Assembly: GCA_039096225.1 (NCBI GenBank)
Contig: JBBPEB010000025.1
Span: 496,001-560,000 of the forward strand
Length of the DNA: 64,000 nt
Direction: 5' to 3'
DNA from: Blastocystis sp. Blastoise
Lineage: Eukaryota; Protista; Bigyra: Opalinata
The position numbers were made by a program, and so were the translations under genes. The notes beneath the pieces are model-generated. The model worked only from the letters and a program-made list of their open reading frames with translations. It was not told the origin of the DNA and did no database searches. Positions 61,882-64,000 of this stretch are shown here, piece by piece (within the stretch, counting starts at the first letter, position 1; the number at the start of each line of letters is the position of its first letter).

Positions 61882-64000
61882 TTATTCTTCGTCATGAGTT
61901 GATTTTCTTCTTTTAGGAACAGGACTATCATTATAAACACGTTTATTATCTAATCGAACAGTACGTGTAGGAGATAAAATATCATTATCTATAGTAGTAG
62001 TAGTAGTATTATTAGTATCTTCTTTATTATTAGTATCTTCTTTATTATGATTATCTTCTTTATTATGATTATCTTCTTTATTATGAATATTATCTTCTTT
62101 ATTTTCAGAAATAATTTCATCTTTTGTAGATATTTCAGACTTTATATCATGTATATTATTAGAACTAGATTCTTTACTATTTTTCTTTTCTTCATTATTC
62201 TCTTTATGAATATCTTTATTATTATTATCATCTTCATTATTACTATTATTATTATCAATAACTTTATTCTCTTTAATCTCTTTCTCTTCATATATATCCC
62301 TTAAAGAATGAACAGGTAATAATCTTGTTTGAGTTAACTCTAAATTCTCATCTATATCTATATCAGCAGAAGTAGTTGAAGTTGTAGGAATAGAATCTAA
62401 TATAGAATGAATAGAATAAGGATTATTTAATGAGATTTCTTTTTCGACTATTTTAATACATTTTTCATCTTCTTTCTTTATAATTGTTTCATCTTCTTTC
62501 TTTATTGATTTTTCATCTGTTTTAATAGATTTTTCATCTTTTTCTTCTTCTTTTATAGGAAGCGTATCAACAGTATTATTATTATTATTATTATTAATAA
62601 CATCATTATTAGTATTCACTTTATGATCAATCTCTTCATCAATATCTTTATATATATCATCACTATCACTATCATTATCCTTTATATTCTTATTAATACT
62701 ATTTGAAGCATTTTCATTTTCTTTCTGATTCTTATTATTGTTATTTATATCATTATTATTATTATTATTAGTATCACTATCACTATCACTATCACTATCA
62801 TTATAAGGTACTAAATGTAATTGTTGATTCATTTTCTTTCCTGCTTCTAAACTAGTTTCTAATACTCCTTTTTCATTTAATAATTTCTCTATACTTAAAT
62901 CAACACTATGATATTGATTATAATGTATTTTATCCATTTCTTTAAAGAAATCAATTGTATCTTTATCTTTATATTTATAAGCTTCTGGATCATTAATATC
63001 TATTAATTTAATACTTCCATCAGGATTATGTGGACATCCTTCTTTATCTATATAGGTTTCTTCTTTCTTTATATATGTATTAGAATCATTATCATATATA
63101 TAATCTTCTATTTTAGGAGTGGTATTCAATTCATCATCATCATCATTATTATTCTCAAGAATATTCTTCGAATTCGTTGAATTATTCGTAGTATTATTAT
63201 TATTAGTAGTATCATCATCATCATCATCATCAAAATATTCCTCTTCTTCTTGTTGAGCTCTAAAACGTGAATCTTCATCATCACTATATATATATATATG
63301 TTAAATAACATTGAAATAATATTGAAATAATATCTAAATATTATTTAAAATAACAAAAAAACAAAAATAATAATAATATATATATATATACATTTTTCGT
63401 TTATTTCTTTTTTCTAATTCTTGTAATTGTTCATATTGAGTAATAAATATAGCTATTGATCCTAAATGTCTTATAGATTCTAAGTGATTCATATGATCGA
63501 CTATATATTTTAACATTATATTACATTTATTATCACGATTACGTATATAAGCAAATATCTCTAATATTGCACTTATTATAATACCCGATTTATAATAATT
63601 CTCATCTAAATAATCCATAAATGGTAAAAATAAATTATTTTTTACTATATTTTGTGTATACCATTCAGTCTTTATAACTATACATTGCTTATAAAAATTT
63701 ATACAATCTATAGAATATATAATATTTAGTTATTTTATATATATCAAATATGAATAGTATAATTAAAATAATAATAATAATATAATAATATATATACTTA
63801 ATTGAAGATGTTTTTGTGGTGAATTCATATATCTTAAAATAATATCAAATAATTTATTTTTTATTAAGAAATATTTCATATGGAATCCATGATCATTTAA
63901 GAATTGACTTAAGAAATCCATACATAAATATTGAGCTTGACATAAGGATGTATATGCTTTATATATATATTTTTATTAATTAATTATTATTAGTATAATT
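61882..64000 (-). CDS. PPP4R3: Protein phosphatase 4 regulatory subunit 3 (SMEK/Psy2), 3' part, with a long low-complexity tail
   Basis: DFLSQFLNDHGFHMKYFLIKNKLFDIILRYMNSPQKHLQL..EWYTQNIVKNNLFLP..IISAILEIFAYIR..QYEQ, EEEYFDDDD and LVPYNDSD match SMEK motifs (HHTYHIKNYI, FYNRYITKGNLFEP, LLNSAVIELFEFIR, LVDYPDD). The gene continues beyond the window. Confidence 0.85.

Overview
Very AT-rich eukaryotic nuclear DNA from an intron-rich protist; a Blastocystis-like stramenopile is plausible from the gene families but is only an inference. Genes have GT-AG spliceosomal introns, many filled with (TA)n/(TAT)n microsatellites, so most short ORFs in the supplied track are intron read-through artefacts. 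Manual splicing supports 11 protein genes: a La/SSB homologue, a divergent NPC1-like protein, a giant fibro-slime(PA14)/filamin/Cys-repeat membrane protein, a tail-anchored calponin-homology protein, a BTB-TLDc protein, a BTB/LRR-like protein, a ~2893-aa LamG/PA14/bacterial-Ig adhesin-like protein, a 72-aa membrane microprotein, an MFS transporter, a DUF1624/HGSNAT-like acyltransferase and the 3' part of PP4R3/SMEK. There is also a truncated pseudogene copy of the BTB-TLDc gene. The most striking unexplained system is at ~46.9-51.9 kb on the minus strand. An apparently non-coding transcription unit with at least 9 canonical introns runs into a tRNA-like cloverleaf (49286-49358) with the topology of MALAT1-derived mascRNA, followed by a 16-mer tandem array and a ~2-kb TA-rich cryptic satellite. 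Also notable are self-complementary (TA)n tracts at both ends of internal introns, and CACGTG and TCCCGCGG motifs embedded in exons in several reading frames.
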